Source: Phoronis australis
Lineage: Eukaryota; Animalia; Phoronida
Direction of reading: 5' to 3'
Length of the DNA: 64,000 nt
NCBI GenBank assembly: GCA_002633005.1
Contig: NMRA01000533.1
Span: forward strand, 179,268 to 243,267
Part shown: piece by piece, positions 12,921 to 25,774 of the stretch
Layout: each line of letters opens with the position of its first letter
How positions within the stretch are numbered: position 1 is the first letter of the stretch
The notes under the pieces: generated by a model
Databases searched by the model: none
Told to the model about the DNA's origin: nothing
Seen by the model: the letters and a program-made list of their open reading frames with translations, nothing else
Program-made: the position numbers and the translations under genes

Positions 12921-13241
12921 CTTGGTTTCCAACCATATTGCGATTGCAGGCTGTCGACCTCGAAAACAGTCTGCAGAAAAATGTTTACTCCATATCACCG
13001 AATACGGCGACACTNCAACCATACTGCGATTGCAGGCTGTCGACCTCGAAAACAGTCTGCAGAAAAATGTTTACTCCATATCACCGAATACGCGACGCTC
13101 CACTAAATTTTCTCGTGGACCTCACGAAGTCTTCCCACCTGCGACGCAGTCTGGGGTTAGTGGGAAACCTATGTAATGACACCCCAGTGACCCAGACCCT
13201 GACACATTGTCACAGCCTCCAATCACACAACAGTCCGGCAT
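12921..13241 (-). pseudogene. THAP DNA-binding domain remnant (transposase first exon)
   Basis: MPDCCVIGGC..(fs)SLHRFPTNPRLRRRW..(fs)SVIWSKHFSADCF; ends at the donor AAG|GTAAGT at 12921/12920. Confidence 0.75.
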
Positions 13242-14162
13242 TGTTCTTCAAATTTTTAATCGAGTTGAAGTATAAAAATGTGTTTAATGTCGAAACGAGT
13301 ATTCCAATTGCCACACAGCAACAGTGATACGTCGTGCGTAGACAGACAGTGCGAAAGACGTGCGGCTGTACTCGAACACTTTATTGAGGACACATTGCTA
13401 ACTACTGTGAAATGTTTATGGTAACGCACAAGACCATGTGCATATGTGTCACATTTCAGAGAATTAATTGGCAAAAGTTGCATAATAAACCCATTCTAAC
13501 AGAAAGCTTCCATTTGTGCCAGATAGTCCCAGTACAAACCTATGGACAGACTCGGCAGTGATCGGGTCCTCTTCCTGACGTGACGTGATTCCGAAGATAG
13601 CCGAAGTTGAAAATTTTCTGTTCTCGAAATTTTGTGGGGAAGTGGGAGCGTGTTTTACACGAATAATAGAAGAATATGGGGCGTGAAATAAAAAGAAATG
13701 TGGTTTATATAAGCAATCTTTATTAACAGTCAGCACATGTGTATACATATTAACTACAACTAAATAGCTGTGAATCGACCTCTTTAAAAGAATATGGTTG
13801 CCAGAGGGAAACCATAACTGCAAGGACATCCTTATTGCATGATGCCCAGTAAAAGGATCATTTCGCAAAGAATTCACCTTTTTGCAACATGTTCACTGAG
13901 CTAGAAAAGTTTATAATTTTATATAAGTGACACTAAAAAGATTAGCGAAATAATTCATTGATAACATCTTAAAACGCCGATATTAATAGCGACTTGAGTG
14001 AAACCCATTTCTGTAAAACTCATCTTTAACCTTTTTCATGTCAGTTTTAGCAAAAACAAGGTTCGTTGATTATCCCAGACATATTTTTCACTTAATTACA
14101 GCTTTTCGTAATTTAATTAATTATTCGTTCCCTACTCCGGATGTGACGTTATGGGAGGCAAC

Positions 14163-14450
14163 ATGCCACGCTGTTGCTACGTGCCGGGACGTACTCATTA
14201 TCGTCTCAAACGCGCTTTGGGTACCTTACGTCGCTTTCCGAAGGATGACACACTTCGCCGGGCTTGGCTAGCTCGTTCATGTGAAGAACGCAGCGCTACA
14301 TGTCCACGCAACGTACAAAGTAATAGAGGGTTACCAAGTGTGTGGCAAGCATTTTCTGCCGTCAGATTACGACAGAGATATGTACGCTGAATTGATGACG
14401 GGTCCCTGCGAAACAACGCCTGAAGAAAGGTACCATACCGTCGCTGTTGA
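14163..14450 (+). pseudogene. Second THAP domain remnant, in a further insertion starting after TTAA at 13784-87
   Basis: MPRCCYVPG..RFPKDDTLRRAW..(fs)VCGKHFLPSDY..(fs)LKKGTIPSL matches the THAP C2CH, FP, W and AVP-like signature; cut off by the N gap at 14698. Confidence 0.8.
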
Positions 14451-15036
14451 TTCCCGGCAGTGCCCTGTCGTCGCCAACCTTGGGAAGTGCGTTTTTGAAG
14501 CGAGAAGCCTTGCGAGCTGTGACCACTATATACAGTGACTGGAGGCCCTTCATCTAGTGTCACCCGTGCCTCCGAAAGTACCGCACTGCGTGCAAATCCG
14601 GGAACTAGCAGTGATTTGTCTTGTGCTGTTGTCTCTAGCCCAGAGCCTGTAAGCAGCCCTGCAGCGATGTTGAGTAGTGGGAGTGAATACAGGCCCANTG
14701 TGGGGAATTGGGAGCGTGTTTTACACGAATAATAGAAGAATATGGGATATGAAATAAAAAGAAATGTGGTTCATATGCAATCTTTATTGACAGTTAACAC
14801 ATGTGTATACATATTAACTACAACTAAATAGCTGTGAATCGACCTCTTTAATCCGAATTGGTCGTCTACGCTAGGCGACCAAATAGCCGACCCAAGTGCC
14901 GACCACAGAGGCGACTAAGCAGACGGCTCCTAGCCGACCGTTGTTGGTCGGCTGGTGGTCGGCTAGACGACCGGTCGACGGCCGGTCGTCGACCAATTTC
15001 CGACCGGTCGGCCAAAAATTTGTGATGTGTGCTGTA

Positions 15037-17200
15037 TGATTTTATTCTAATGAGGCGTGCTTCGAATGTTCAATTAGTAATCATTCTTTAGCAGTGGTTC
15101 ATATCAAACGGATTGATTAAACCCAGTATTTTTTTTGCAACTGCCGATCTGCATATTAGACATGCATATTGCATCATACCTCATCAGAGTATAACTTCTT
15201 ATCAATCATAGTAGAAACATTATCATTGCCACAAGACGTTAACAGACGCAGTCAGTGTCTGTAACTGCTGTGTCTACATTACTGATAAATTAAAGTCGGT
15301 CTAATTCTATTTTTATATCACTGATTCATGTCAAAGGTTTAAAATTGCGCCACCTTAAGAGTTTTCACTTGTCCTGGTGATCACTAGAGTCCGATGCAAT
15401 AAAATTATAGAAGTTTTTTTTTAACAAGGGTAATATTGTGTGCGTTTTCGTTTGCGAGAGTGTTCTTTTTGAATCACTGGGTTAATCATTTTTACGCTCT
15501 ACATGAAAACACAGACTACATTTTTAGGATAACATGTACCAGGTTACCCAGAAAATATTATTTTCAAAGTTTTACCCCTTGGAGTATACGCGAAACGCCA
15601 AGTATTGTGTTCTTACGCCAAATGGCTCGGAAGGCTCTAGCCCTGGTGCGAAGCCGTTGTGGGTAAAAACTGACCGAATAAAATCTTCCTAGAGTAATAT
15701 AAATTATTTAGTAGCAGCGTTGAACATTTTGTTTTCTGCAATTGTTCTGTTGCTTAAATTATGGTTTGATCTTTTGTGTCGACTTTCGACGCAATGAAAT
15801 ATTGCCTCACCTATTAGGCAGTTTCTTTTTCACAGATTCTTCAATCAAACGTTCTCAATCGAGGTTGCGTAAACGTTACGACAAATGATCAGAATTGGTT
15901 TCACTTCATTATATGTTTTTCGAATTTTGATATCAGTGAACTGAATTTTAGAACAAACTTTGCTGAGATGTTGTCACCATCTAATGGGAGATGTCGAAAA
16001 CATTTTAAAAGTGGCGTGTGTCACGAATGAACTCTTTTCAAAACGACGACTTACGTGTTTTCGTTACAAAAGACAGAGAATTACGCAAAAACATGACGCC
16101 GGGTGTTTTTCGGTTTTACGGCCGTAACGGGCAACTTGAATGCCAATTGACTTCCAGAGTTTGCATGCACACTCGCCGGTCTTGAGCTCATTTTGATACA
16201 AGCCTTTTGACGAGGTGACATGCGTAACTATCCGGGCTGTGTGAAGTTCGAGGTCTGTTTGAGCTCAATACGCAGTGGCACCTTGCTGTATTTTGAAAAT
16301 AGTCTTCACAGCTAGCTGGCTAGATAGGAAGGCTCTAGCATCGAAAATTTTTTTACTGCGAAAGTGACAAAAATTTCAGAATTATGATAGATGATGGATG
16401 ACACTATAAACCGGACTTCTGTTTTCATGCGCCCATGTTTTAATATCGGTGCTATGTTCAAATCATTGTTTATGTTGTTCCAAAAATAAACTTGGGTTCT
16501 ATTGCTGTAGCAACATATTAAGAAATTATTCAGAAATAAACAATAATTATCTGTGGTAAAGCGCAATATGAAGCGTGATGGAGTGAGGATCAATAGCAAT
16601 AACGGATGAGCGCAAATGCGTGCTGCTTGTTGAGCATTCCGCGTCATGAAAACATTTGAGGTCGTAAAATATCCAGTGCTGTATTCTGATTTTTATGCAA
16701 TTTTGCTGTAAATTTTAAATTTCGTGCTCGTTTTTATGCATCTATCTAAAGTTAGAAATTATGCTTCCGCGATATCACTTAACGTTGGATTTTACCACGC
16801 TGTCATTAGTTCATCATAAGGTTTTAGGCTGGTGTAATGTCACGCACTACGTACTTGTAGGTTGATTCGATTTTACCTCCATCCAATTGTTGAACAAAAG
16901 TTGATAAAACCGATGTCAAGACCGGAGTTGCCACTGGTAAACGAACAGCAAACAGCTAAATATTTGTTTGTCCAAAGTTCATAAAATGGTAATTGTCGAC
17001 CAAGGACACGCGTAATTCGAATTGGTAGTCTACGCTAGGCGACCACTTAGCCGACACAAGTGCCGACAACAGAGGCGACTCAGCTGACGGCTCCTAGCCG
17101 ACCCATGTTGGTCGGCTGCTGGTCGGCTAGACGACCGGTCGACGGCCGGTCGTCGACCAATTTCCTACCGGTCGGACCAAAATTCGTGATGTGTGCTGTA
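15037..17200. mobile_element. Copy 2 (right ~2.2 kb) of the TIR family, tandem to copy 1
   Basis: Colinear with 9773-11830 plus the right terminus; lacks the Kolobok insertion; ends GTGTGCTGTA at 17200. Confidence 0.85.
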
Positions 17201-17899
17201 TCTCGGAGAGATCAAAATATTATAAGCAAAGGACGAACTCGATGCCGGTTCTTGCATATCTGCTATTCGTCCACTGATGTGAAAAGAATCACTTTCACTG
17301 GTAAAATAGACTCCTCTAAAAATCACAAAAATACCCAAACGATTGGGCTTATGGGTAACAAAAACGAGAAGTTCGGCCTTTTCAATTTTGTCATGGAATT
17401 TGAAGATTTTCCAAAAAAAGGAATGGTTTCCCCTAGAATATTTTGGGAAGGAAAACAAATATTCATTTTTGATATTGGTAGATTCAAGGTTAAAAGTCAA
17501 CGCTGCATGCAGCTAATTGACAAAGATGTTCTCCCGACTTTCAGGGACTTGATCAGGGATAGAGGCCACATTGAGCACAGACTGAAATAAGTGAGCTTCC
17601 TTTTGAAGTAATATTTTTCACAAAATGTTTTCAGTGTCCCAGGTCAAATTAGCAAGTTCAATTGAAGTGACGTGCCATACTATTGGTCAATTTTGGCCAA
17701 GTTTCGAGTACAGAGATCAGGTTGGGGATCAAATTGTGTTTGAGCGCATGTTTGAAGTCGGCAAACAACGGGTTATTTCCACTTGAACTGTGACTGCATT
17801 AAAATTGGAAATGCATGCACAAAACGAATAAGTTGCTTGCCAAATCAAATTTCACCCAAAGTAAAACTGAAGACATGGTCTGGACTTCAACAAATCGGA

Positions 17900-19533
17900 T
17901 ATACCGCAAAAATCAGTTTTCTGCCAAATGCACAGAAGTGGTATCAATAATTAAAACATGTAAAATATTTAAAACCCTGTTTTATAAAACTGTATGGAGT
18001 CTACAGCAATTGATGAGAAACAGTTTACAACTATCAAGCTTGAAAAGAATTTAAATAACTAAGAAGTAGGTAAAGTTCTGCAACGCATTAATCTCAACCT
18101 AGAGAGATTATGAGAGGTATTGTGATGCTTTTTCAATGAGAGCACTTGATTTGAGCTAAACTTTTTAGCCACGAGACAGCTATTGAAGTTTACCCTGGTT
18201 ATGATATCGTATTTGCATTGTGGTTTGTTTTCGATTGTGATGGTGTTGCTTTTAGTGCCCTGGCTTTGTTGGAGTTGCTTGTACAGCTGAAACTGTTGAT
18301 GATCATAATGACGATGATATTGGAGAAATTCCAGTTTTGAAAGTCAAATTTGATGAAGACACCGGGTTCTTGATGACTCTCGGCGGTGTCTTCATTCGTG
18401 TAGGTATTAGGACTCTCACAGAACTGCATAACAATTGTGGACAATTTATGTTGATAAAAAAATGGTGCACAATCTACGTACAGTATCCTAGGATTGTACG
18501 AGCCAATCACATTCCCGGTTGCAGTATGCAATGTCAACAGAAGTGAAATATTTAAATAAGGACACGGTTTTAAAGAAAAAAAGTCTAGAGCGACAGTGGC
18601 ATTTGTGATTTGCACTGTTACGACAAGCCTGTAGGTGTCATGTCATTTATTGTAGACGCTAGTCCAAATGTTATAGTATGGTACAAGGTCCCATGTCCAA
18701 ATTCCATGGCAATATTGTGTCAGCCAGCACATTATTTTTATGGGTGATGTCGACAGTTTGAATGCACTGTCAGCAAAGCACATTTTGATGGCATCTATGT
18801 AAAAGAGGTATCTGTACTTGTTTTGGTACACTTTTGTTGTCAATGCTTGACTGTTGTAAGAAAATGGATTTCGTGCTCTTCAGAAGCTTGAGTTTGAGCT
18901 CATGAAGCTGAGAACTTTCCAGGCTCAAATTGCAACGTCGCTGATCATATGCAAAGCTGCCAAGCGAGGCCACTCATTGTTGGGTGAGGTTAAGTCGGCA
19001 AAACCTTCACCGGCACAGGTGACAAGAACTCAGTCGTTCTGCGTTTCGTTAGATGCAATGGTGTTGGTCAATGGTCACTAGTTTGTTAAAAATGTCGTTG
19101 CATGTACTATGTTGACGGCATTGCTAGAAATGCGTGCATTTAGTAAACTGTGTGATATTTTGGTGCAACTGTGGGAGTCACTGGCCAAAGAAGCTATCAA
19201 AAAGACCTTTAAACACATTATGTTGACTGGGAAACTGGAACTCAAGTATATGAGAAGTGTGAACGTTCATCTGTACTGAGCAAACATTTAAATAGTACAG
19301 CACACTTAGTATCTACAATTGAGCAGGTGCTGGAAGAATTTATGATGATTATTAGATACAATATTAAAAGTGTTTTATTTGAGAAAAAAATTATGGCGAT
19401 TTTCTCGAAAAAGTGTGTAGGTGAAAATGACACATTCGTGGCTTTTAGCTCCAACCCACTTTTGCAAAGTTGGAACAGTGCAAAATTGAAGTTGTTGAAT
19501 GCAATTTTTTATAATGCTTTTCCCACCACCTAG
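17900..19533 (+). pseudogene. Highly degenerate Transib/RAG1-core-like transposase
   Basis: One frame at 18589-18846 reads SDS..IVWYKVPCPNSMAILCQP..*..HFDGIYVKEVSVL..CCQC; later fragments DGIARN, KHLNSTAHLVSTIE and FSSNPLLQ follow in the expected order. Confidence 0.45.
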
Positions 19534-20859
19534 TGAGTGATCTTCAAACAATTTCAAGAATTTATTTACCATCTGGGCCTTCTGGGGTTATTGAATTGAC
19601 GTAAGATGTTGTACGAACCACGTGACTACAGGTAACTACGAAAAATAGGCCACCAATAAGGTACCATATATGTACCTCCAGTCGAGGTACATTGGTTGCT
19701 AGTAAGTACCATATGTTTAAACGATATCAAATGTATGTTAGCCGATTGCAAATCAGCAAGTATAGTAACAATTGTGAGCAAAAATGCAGAATAGGCTAAG
19801 CTGTGATACGAAGTACCAAGATGGGTTCACCCATTTGCAAGATTTGATTTATTAGTACTAAGAATGCTAACACAGCCTAACCGTCAATGGTAAATCACTT
19901 TTTGAATGCTTGGTACTAAATTGAACTGTTATTGAGAATATGTTACATTATTAAAACACGGAGATTTCTACGCTCTTCTTTTTACCTCTTTACATTATTT
20001 TACCGTAAATAAAAGGGCTTGTCTCTCTCTATCTTTCTCTCTCTCTCGTATTGGGCCCATCAAAAGTAGCATTACAAAAAATGATTAGTTATTACAATTA
20101 GATTGAATTAGGGCTAATAAGCTTACTTAAATGGAACATAATTCATTCCGGGAACATAATTTCATTATATGACTAAAATGATTAATAATAAAACACAACG
20201 AAGTTTAAAAATAAAATTACATTAAGGAGTTTATCAACCCATGTTCCCACTCTCAGCGGCATATATACGAAATGGAAATGCTTGCATACACATTCGAACG
20301 TCACTTCCGACTGTGTAATTAAACTCCAAGGTGTCACTGCACGTGTTTACTCCCCTGTGGAGGACTACATCACGATGAGTGAGACTAATCTCTATTTAGT
20401 TAGCCTGCTTTAGTGTCGATGGATTTTGTGTTAACTTTTGTTTGTCGCCGCTTTGCATTCAAAGCTTGCATGTACTTAATTGATTCGAACGCTGCTTTCG
20501 AGCAACCACGACAACTATCAGATGCTATCTGGGTGTGAAATATTTGAGTCTGGGACATGAAATGGCCAAATTATCCTAGTGTAGAGTTTTAACCGCACAT
20601 AAACACTCAATCAGTGCACGTTGACAACAAAATGCAATTTCTTTTGAAGAAAAGGCTCCTGGCAAGTCTATCTTCTGAAACTTTATCGTAAGCTGGGAAT
20701 AACAGCTGCTGCATTGCATCTTATTCCCAGAGCGAATGTCAGTCAGAATTACTTCTGAAAGGTCTCTGAGGAAGAAAGAATCGGCAGAAGCTCAGGTATT
20801 GTTCAACACCACTGTCGTTATAGAAATTGAGATCCCGTTGTACACCAGAGCGATAATTG

Positions 20860-23800
20860 ACCGTTTAAATTACATCGGACACATTGGAGAGTTTGGCCCC
20901 TCAACGGAGAAATGGTCCATGTACCTACAGAGAATTGAGATTTATATGTTGGCCGATGACATTGCCGATGACAAGAAGGTGAATGTCTTTCTCACGCTGA
21001 TCGGACCTGCGGCTTTTGAAATTGTTTATAATCAATGCCTTCCGGGACATCCGACGTACAAAAGTTTTGAGGAAATTGTGGCCATCCTGATGAAATACTA
21101 TGAACCAATTAAGAGTGTTGTCGCTTATCGCCTCGAATTTCGAAATCGTAAACATATGAAAGGTGAGACCATTAGTGACTATATTTTGGCGCTAAAAAAG
21201 TTATCTAGCAATTGTTCCTATGGAGATGAACTAGAGAACAATCTGAGGGACACGTTTGTGTCAGGGTTGAATGACTAAACTATGCAAGCCAAGTTACTTG
21301 CGAAGGGAGATCCACTCAATTGGGAAACGGCTTGTAAACTTGCACTCGCACAGGAACAAGCCAATATCGACAGTAAACCCCTGCAAGCTTCAATCCCAAC
21401 GGGAGAGACTGCGCATTCTATTCGTCACAAAGGCTGGAAACCTGTGAACAAGTCAGCGAAATCGCCTTGCTCGCGTTGTTTTGGAGACAATCACACACAA
21501 GATAATTGTTCGTTCAAGGACGCGAAGTGCCACTAATGCTCGAAAACAGGACACATTCGCAAAGCGTGTTATACGAAGTTTCCGACTCAGACACCCAAGA
21601 AGACGACAAAGCCAAAGAAAGTGAATACAAACAATCACAGTGTACAAGAGAATACTAATAGTGACAGTGTCCAACAACATTGTATTCATTATGCTGATTC
21701 CACGAGCATGTTGAGTTTAAGATCTAAAAGTGATGATAACATTTGTATACCACTGTTCATAAATGATACCAAGCTTGACTTCGAGTTGGACACGCGGGCA
21801 TCCAGGACTGTCGTTACTGAGAGTCTGTGTATGGCTCATTTCTCAGATGTTCCATTAGGCTCCTATGAATCAAGCTTGGAAGGCTATTGTGGGAATGAAA
21901 TAAGTGTACTTGGCGAGATGCTTGTTGATGTTAAATACAACAAACAACATGAAAAAGTACCAGTGCTTGTTGTCAAAACTGACAATAAGCCAGCCTTATT
22001 AGGTAAATATTTATTGCGTCAAATCAAACTGGATTGGTCAGTCATCATTGATACACTGAATCATGTGGAAACAGTTAGCATTGCTAAAATGCTGGATGAC
22101 TATGAGTCTGTATTTATTCCAAATGACAAACCTGTAATTGGTTTTAAGGTAAATGTCCAGTTGAAGAGTGATGAATGCAAATCTGTATTTCATAGACCTA
22201 GACAAGTTCCATTTGCTCTTAGACATGAGGTTGAAAAGAATCTTAGGCTTTCAGTGGAGAAGGGCATTTTGACTCCTGTTGAAAACTCAGAGTTTGCTTC
22301 ACCTATAGTGGTAGTACCTAAGGCTGATGGTGAGGTAAGGGTATGTGCCGATTATAAGGTTTCAATTAACCCATTACTTGAGGATAATGTTTATCCTTTG
22401 CCTACACCTGACGACATATTTGCACCAGAGCAAGTTTGGAAAGTCTTCAGTAAACTTGACTTGTCTAATGCCTACCAACAGTTAGAAGTAGATGATGAAG
22501 CTAGAAAGATTTTGACCATAGACACCAGTATTGGATTGTTGCAGTATAACAGATTACCCTTTGGAATTAAGGTGGCTAGCAATATTTTCCAACGTGTTAT
22601 CGACGAAGTTTTTGCTAACCTTAAGGATGTTGCATGTTATCAGGCCGACATCCTAATTTCTTCTGAGTCTGTTGAAGATCACACTGTACTACTCTGGGAA
22701 GTATTGAGTAGGTTGTTGAAACATAACTTTGTCGTGAATAAGGCAAAGAGTGTTTTCCTCCAGGAATCAGTTGATTACTTAGGTCACAAGATAAGTAAGG
22801 ACGGTATCCATCCCTTGTGACATAAGGTTGAGGCTATTAAAGCTGTTGTAAGCCCTACAAATGTCCAGGAACTAAGACGCTACTTAGGGATGTTGAACCA
22901 TTATGGGAAATATCTTCCAAATCTGTCTACTTTGTTCCAGCCATTGTACAGGCTGTTGAAAGCTAATGTTCATTGGGATTGGTCTGAACAATGTGAGAAT
23001 GCATTTTTGAAGTCTCAAGACTTATTGTCTAGTGACTTGTTATTAGTTCACTATAATCCCTCTAAGTCCATTGTTTTGGCATGTGATGCGAGCCCCTATG
23101 GGCTGGGCTGTGTGCTATCGCCTCAACTTCTTGACGGTACTGACAAGCCTATAGCTTATGGTAGTAGAACGTTGACTAAGGCTGAACAGAATTATGGCCA
23201 TGGTGAGAAAGAAGCACTTTCTATCACATATGGTGTAACTCACTTCCACAAGTACTTATATGGTAGGAAATTTGTCATTTTAACTGATCAAAAACCATTG
23301 TTGAAAATATTGGGACCTAAGAACGCTGTGCCTTCTTTGGCTGCACTCAGACTCCAGCGTTGGTCTTTTACTCTCGGTACTTATGATTATGCGATTAAGT
23401 ACAGAAAAGGTCTTGATCATGTCGAATGTGATTTGTTATCCCGTAGTCCACAAAATACGACATTTGAGGCTACGGAACTGAGCATAAATTACTTTTCCTA
23501 CATAGATAGATTACCACTTACTGCTAGTGAGATAGCATCCAGTACTAGAAAAGATCGAGTGTTATCAAGAGTTTATGGGTATGTTCTGACCGGCTGGCCA
23601 GAACATTGTGATGATCCCAACTTGATGCCATATTTCAAGAAACGTAATGAGCTCTCCGTTGACCAAGGTTGTATTCTTTGGAGTTTACGTGTCATAATCC
23701 CTGCTGTTTATCAAGATGTTATGTTAAGGGAATTGAACACAGAACACTTGGGTATAGTAAGGTTGTATTCTTTGGGGTTTACGTGTCATAATCCCTGCTG

Positions 23801-24976
23801 TTTATCAAGATGTTATGTTAAGGGAATTACACACAGAACACTTGGGTATAGTAAGCACTAAGGATCTAGCTAGATCTTATTTCTGGTATCCTAACCTTGA
23901 CTTGAACATTGAGAACTTGATAAAAGATTGCTTCGTATGTCAGTCTGATGGAAGTAACCCACCACCGGTACCGTTGTTTCCTTGGAAACAAGCTTTGAAT
24001 CCATGGGATGCAATTCGTATAGATTTCTTCACACTGGGTGGTAAGGATTACTTTGTGTTAGTTGATGTGTTTTCCAAGTGGATAGGAGTTTTTCTCATGA
24101 AAACTACTTCTGCAAGCAAAATTGTTGATGTATTACGTAGTGTATTCTCTAGGGAAGGTTTGCCTAAAGAGGTTGTATCTGATAATGGACCGCTGTTCAT
24201 TTCAGAAAAATTCAAGAATTTCTTGAAGATTCATGGTATTAAACAAATTCTAGTACCCCCATACCATCCAAGTTCAAACGGTGCTGCAGAGAGAAGAGTA
24301 CAGATATGCAAGCAGGCTTTGAGAAAGCATATGATATCCCGTGCAAAGCACAATGTCAGTGAATCTGAGAAGTTAGATAACTTTCTGTTTGTCTATAGGA
24401 CAACCCCAAATTCAGTTACAGGTAGATCACCGGCAGAGTTGTTTAGAAAACGTGAATTACGTACAAGATTGTCTTTGTTGAGACCTGGTATGTATTCTGG
24501 GGTAGATGATAAGAAATCAAAACAGAAAGGGAATCATGACGCAAAATCTGTTGAGATGCGCTCATTTGATGTCAATGAAACTGTGTTAGTTAAGAACACG
24601 TTTAAGTCAGGAATAGTGAAATTCGTTCGGGGTCGCATTGTTTGTAAGAAAGGCCCTCTAACATATTTAGTTAAGGTTGGTCATAAGGTGAGATTTTGCC
24701 ATGCTGATCACTTATTGCGTGCTTCTGATAACATGAACCAAGGTGTAACTCAACCTGATGATTTAATAGCACAACCTGGTACAAATGTTGAAACTAGTGT
24801 ATCATATAAATCTGTTGAGCCTGATGCATCCGTTTCTGTTACTCCTAGTATTGAAACGAATGAGACAACTGTCTCTTAATTCTGAAGCTGATGTGACCAG
24901 TGGCACCACACCTGTTGATCCTGAGCCAAGAAGGTCTCAGAGACAAATCAAACCTCCTGACCGCTATGGTTGGTGA
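20860..24976 (+). pseudogene. Degenerate single-frame gag-pol of a Mag-like Ty3/Gypsy element (element 2)
   Basis: IGHIGEF..WSMYLQRIE gag start, two CCHC knuckles, LDTRAS (protease), VCADYK, LDLSNAYQQ, LPFG, YQAD (mutated YxDD), CDASPYGLG, SDNGP, SNGAAER, C-terminal RRSQR..PPDRY. Nonsense codons at 21276, 21534 and 22818, plus frameshifts. Confidence 0.93.
23667..23854 (+). repeat. 94-bp tandem duplication frameshifting pol of element 2
   Basis: GGTTGTATTCTTTGG...GGGTATAGTAA occurs at 23667-23760 and 23761-23854 with few mismatches. Confidence 0.95.
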
Positions 24977-25076
24977 AACTGATTGTATATAGTGTTAGTT
25001 TACAAGTTCATATGGTTTTAGTTAGTTTTGTAAACGATAACATTGGGACTAGAGTATTTTATTATGAGGGGAAGAG

Positions 25077-25197
25077 TGTGGGATATTGCCATTCACATAT
25101 GTATACACCGTAAAGTGGCGACACCTACATGTATTAGAGCAGAATAAAGTTAGTTGTTAGCTGGATGAAGTCTGCTTCTTTGTTCAAATACGTCACA
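25077..25197 (+). repeat. Short 3' LTR of element 2 (5' LTR not found)
   Basis: Follows polypurine tract GAGGGGAAGAG; TGTG...CACA ends; AATAAA at 25143. Confidence 0.7.
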
Positions 25198-25219
25198 GAA
25201 AGTAACTTTTTCTTTCCAG

Positions 25220-25409
25220 ATAATGTGAGTAAGTCAGGATGCGGCAGTGTTGGCATCATCACCACTGCTCCGGGTAAAATAACATCCCACCCTTCCTTTG
25301 ACGGAAAAAGTAAATACGGCGAGAGCCTGCACTGCGTGTGGTCGATCAACGCTCCAGCTGGGAAGCGGGTGAAGATAGTCTTCGTTCACTTTGACCTAGA
25401 GGATAACTG
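25220..25409 (+). CDS. Host gene exon: N-terminal half of a CUB domain
   Basis: Acceptor TTTTTCTTTCCAG| and donor TG|GTAAAT; CG..GKITSHP..Y..LHCVWSINAP.GKRVKIVF.HFDLE is a CUB signature. Confidence 0.9.
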
Positions 25410-25774
25410 GTAAATGCGTCTAATTAAAACCAGTACTATAGTCTTGGCATGGATTCTTGGCCTTCATGATATCGAAAAAAAACCTAGGATAATCAGTTGT
25501 TTACTTACGACGTTCACCACTGTTCCATGTAAAGTTGTTGGTACAAATGTACCTCAAATGCGTTCTATTTAAGTAATCAAGATGCAATGTAGCAAAAGTA
25601 TATGGCGAAACGTTGAGTAAATATAAACAAATTTCAGAACACGTTTACACGTATGGTGTTCAGATACCCGGAGGCGCCGTGGAAGTGAGTGTGTACGGTA
25701 ACGACTGTTGTATTGTGCTACACCATCGTTCTAGATTGACCGCAATGATTGACTTGAGTAATCCCTTACAAAAA

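Larger units (their letters stand above)
11833..13783. mobile_element. Kolobok-like non-autonomous DNA transposon
   Basis: Flanked by TTAA (11829-32 and 13784-87); the empty site GCTTAATCCG is present in copy 3 near 49260. Imperfect TIRs AGACATAGTTTCACACC / AGAGGTCGATTCACAGC; 5' remnants of two convergent genes. Confidence 0.75.
7168..15036. mobile_element. Copy 1 of the ~4.2 kb TIR family (left end missing), interrupted by Kolobok-like insertions at 11833-14847
   Basis: Long colinear similarity to 45553-49449; ends in the same terminus ...GTGATGTGTGCTGTA at 15036. Confidence 0.85.

Noticed and set aside
12930-13092. ~75-bp direct repeat in the THAP remnant
   Set aside because: Flanks the N at 13015; the same artefact is seen at 62401-62512 around the N at 62456.
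14860-15036. GCCGACC repeats with spacers, superficially CRISPR- or iteron-like
   Set aside because: Repeats are short, irregular and in both orientations, and form the subterminal region of a TIR element in eukaryotic DNA; no cas genes.
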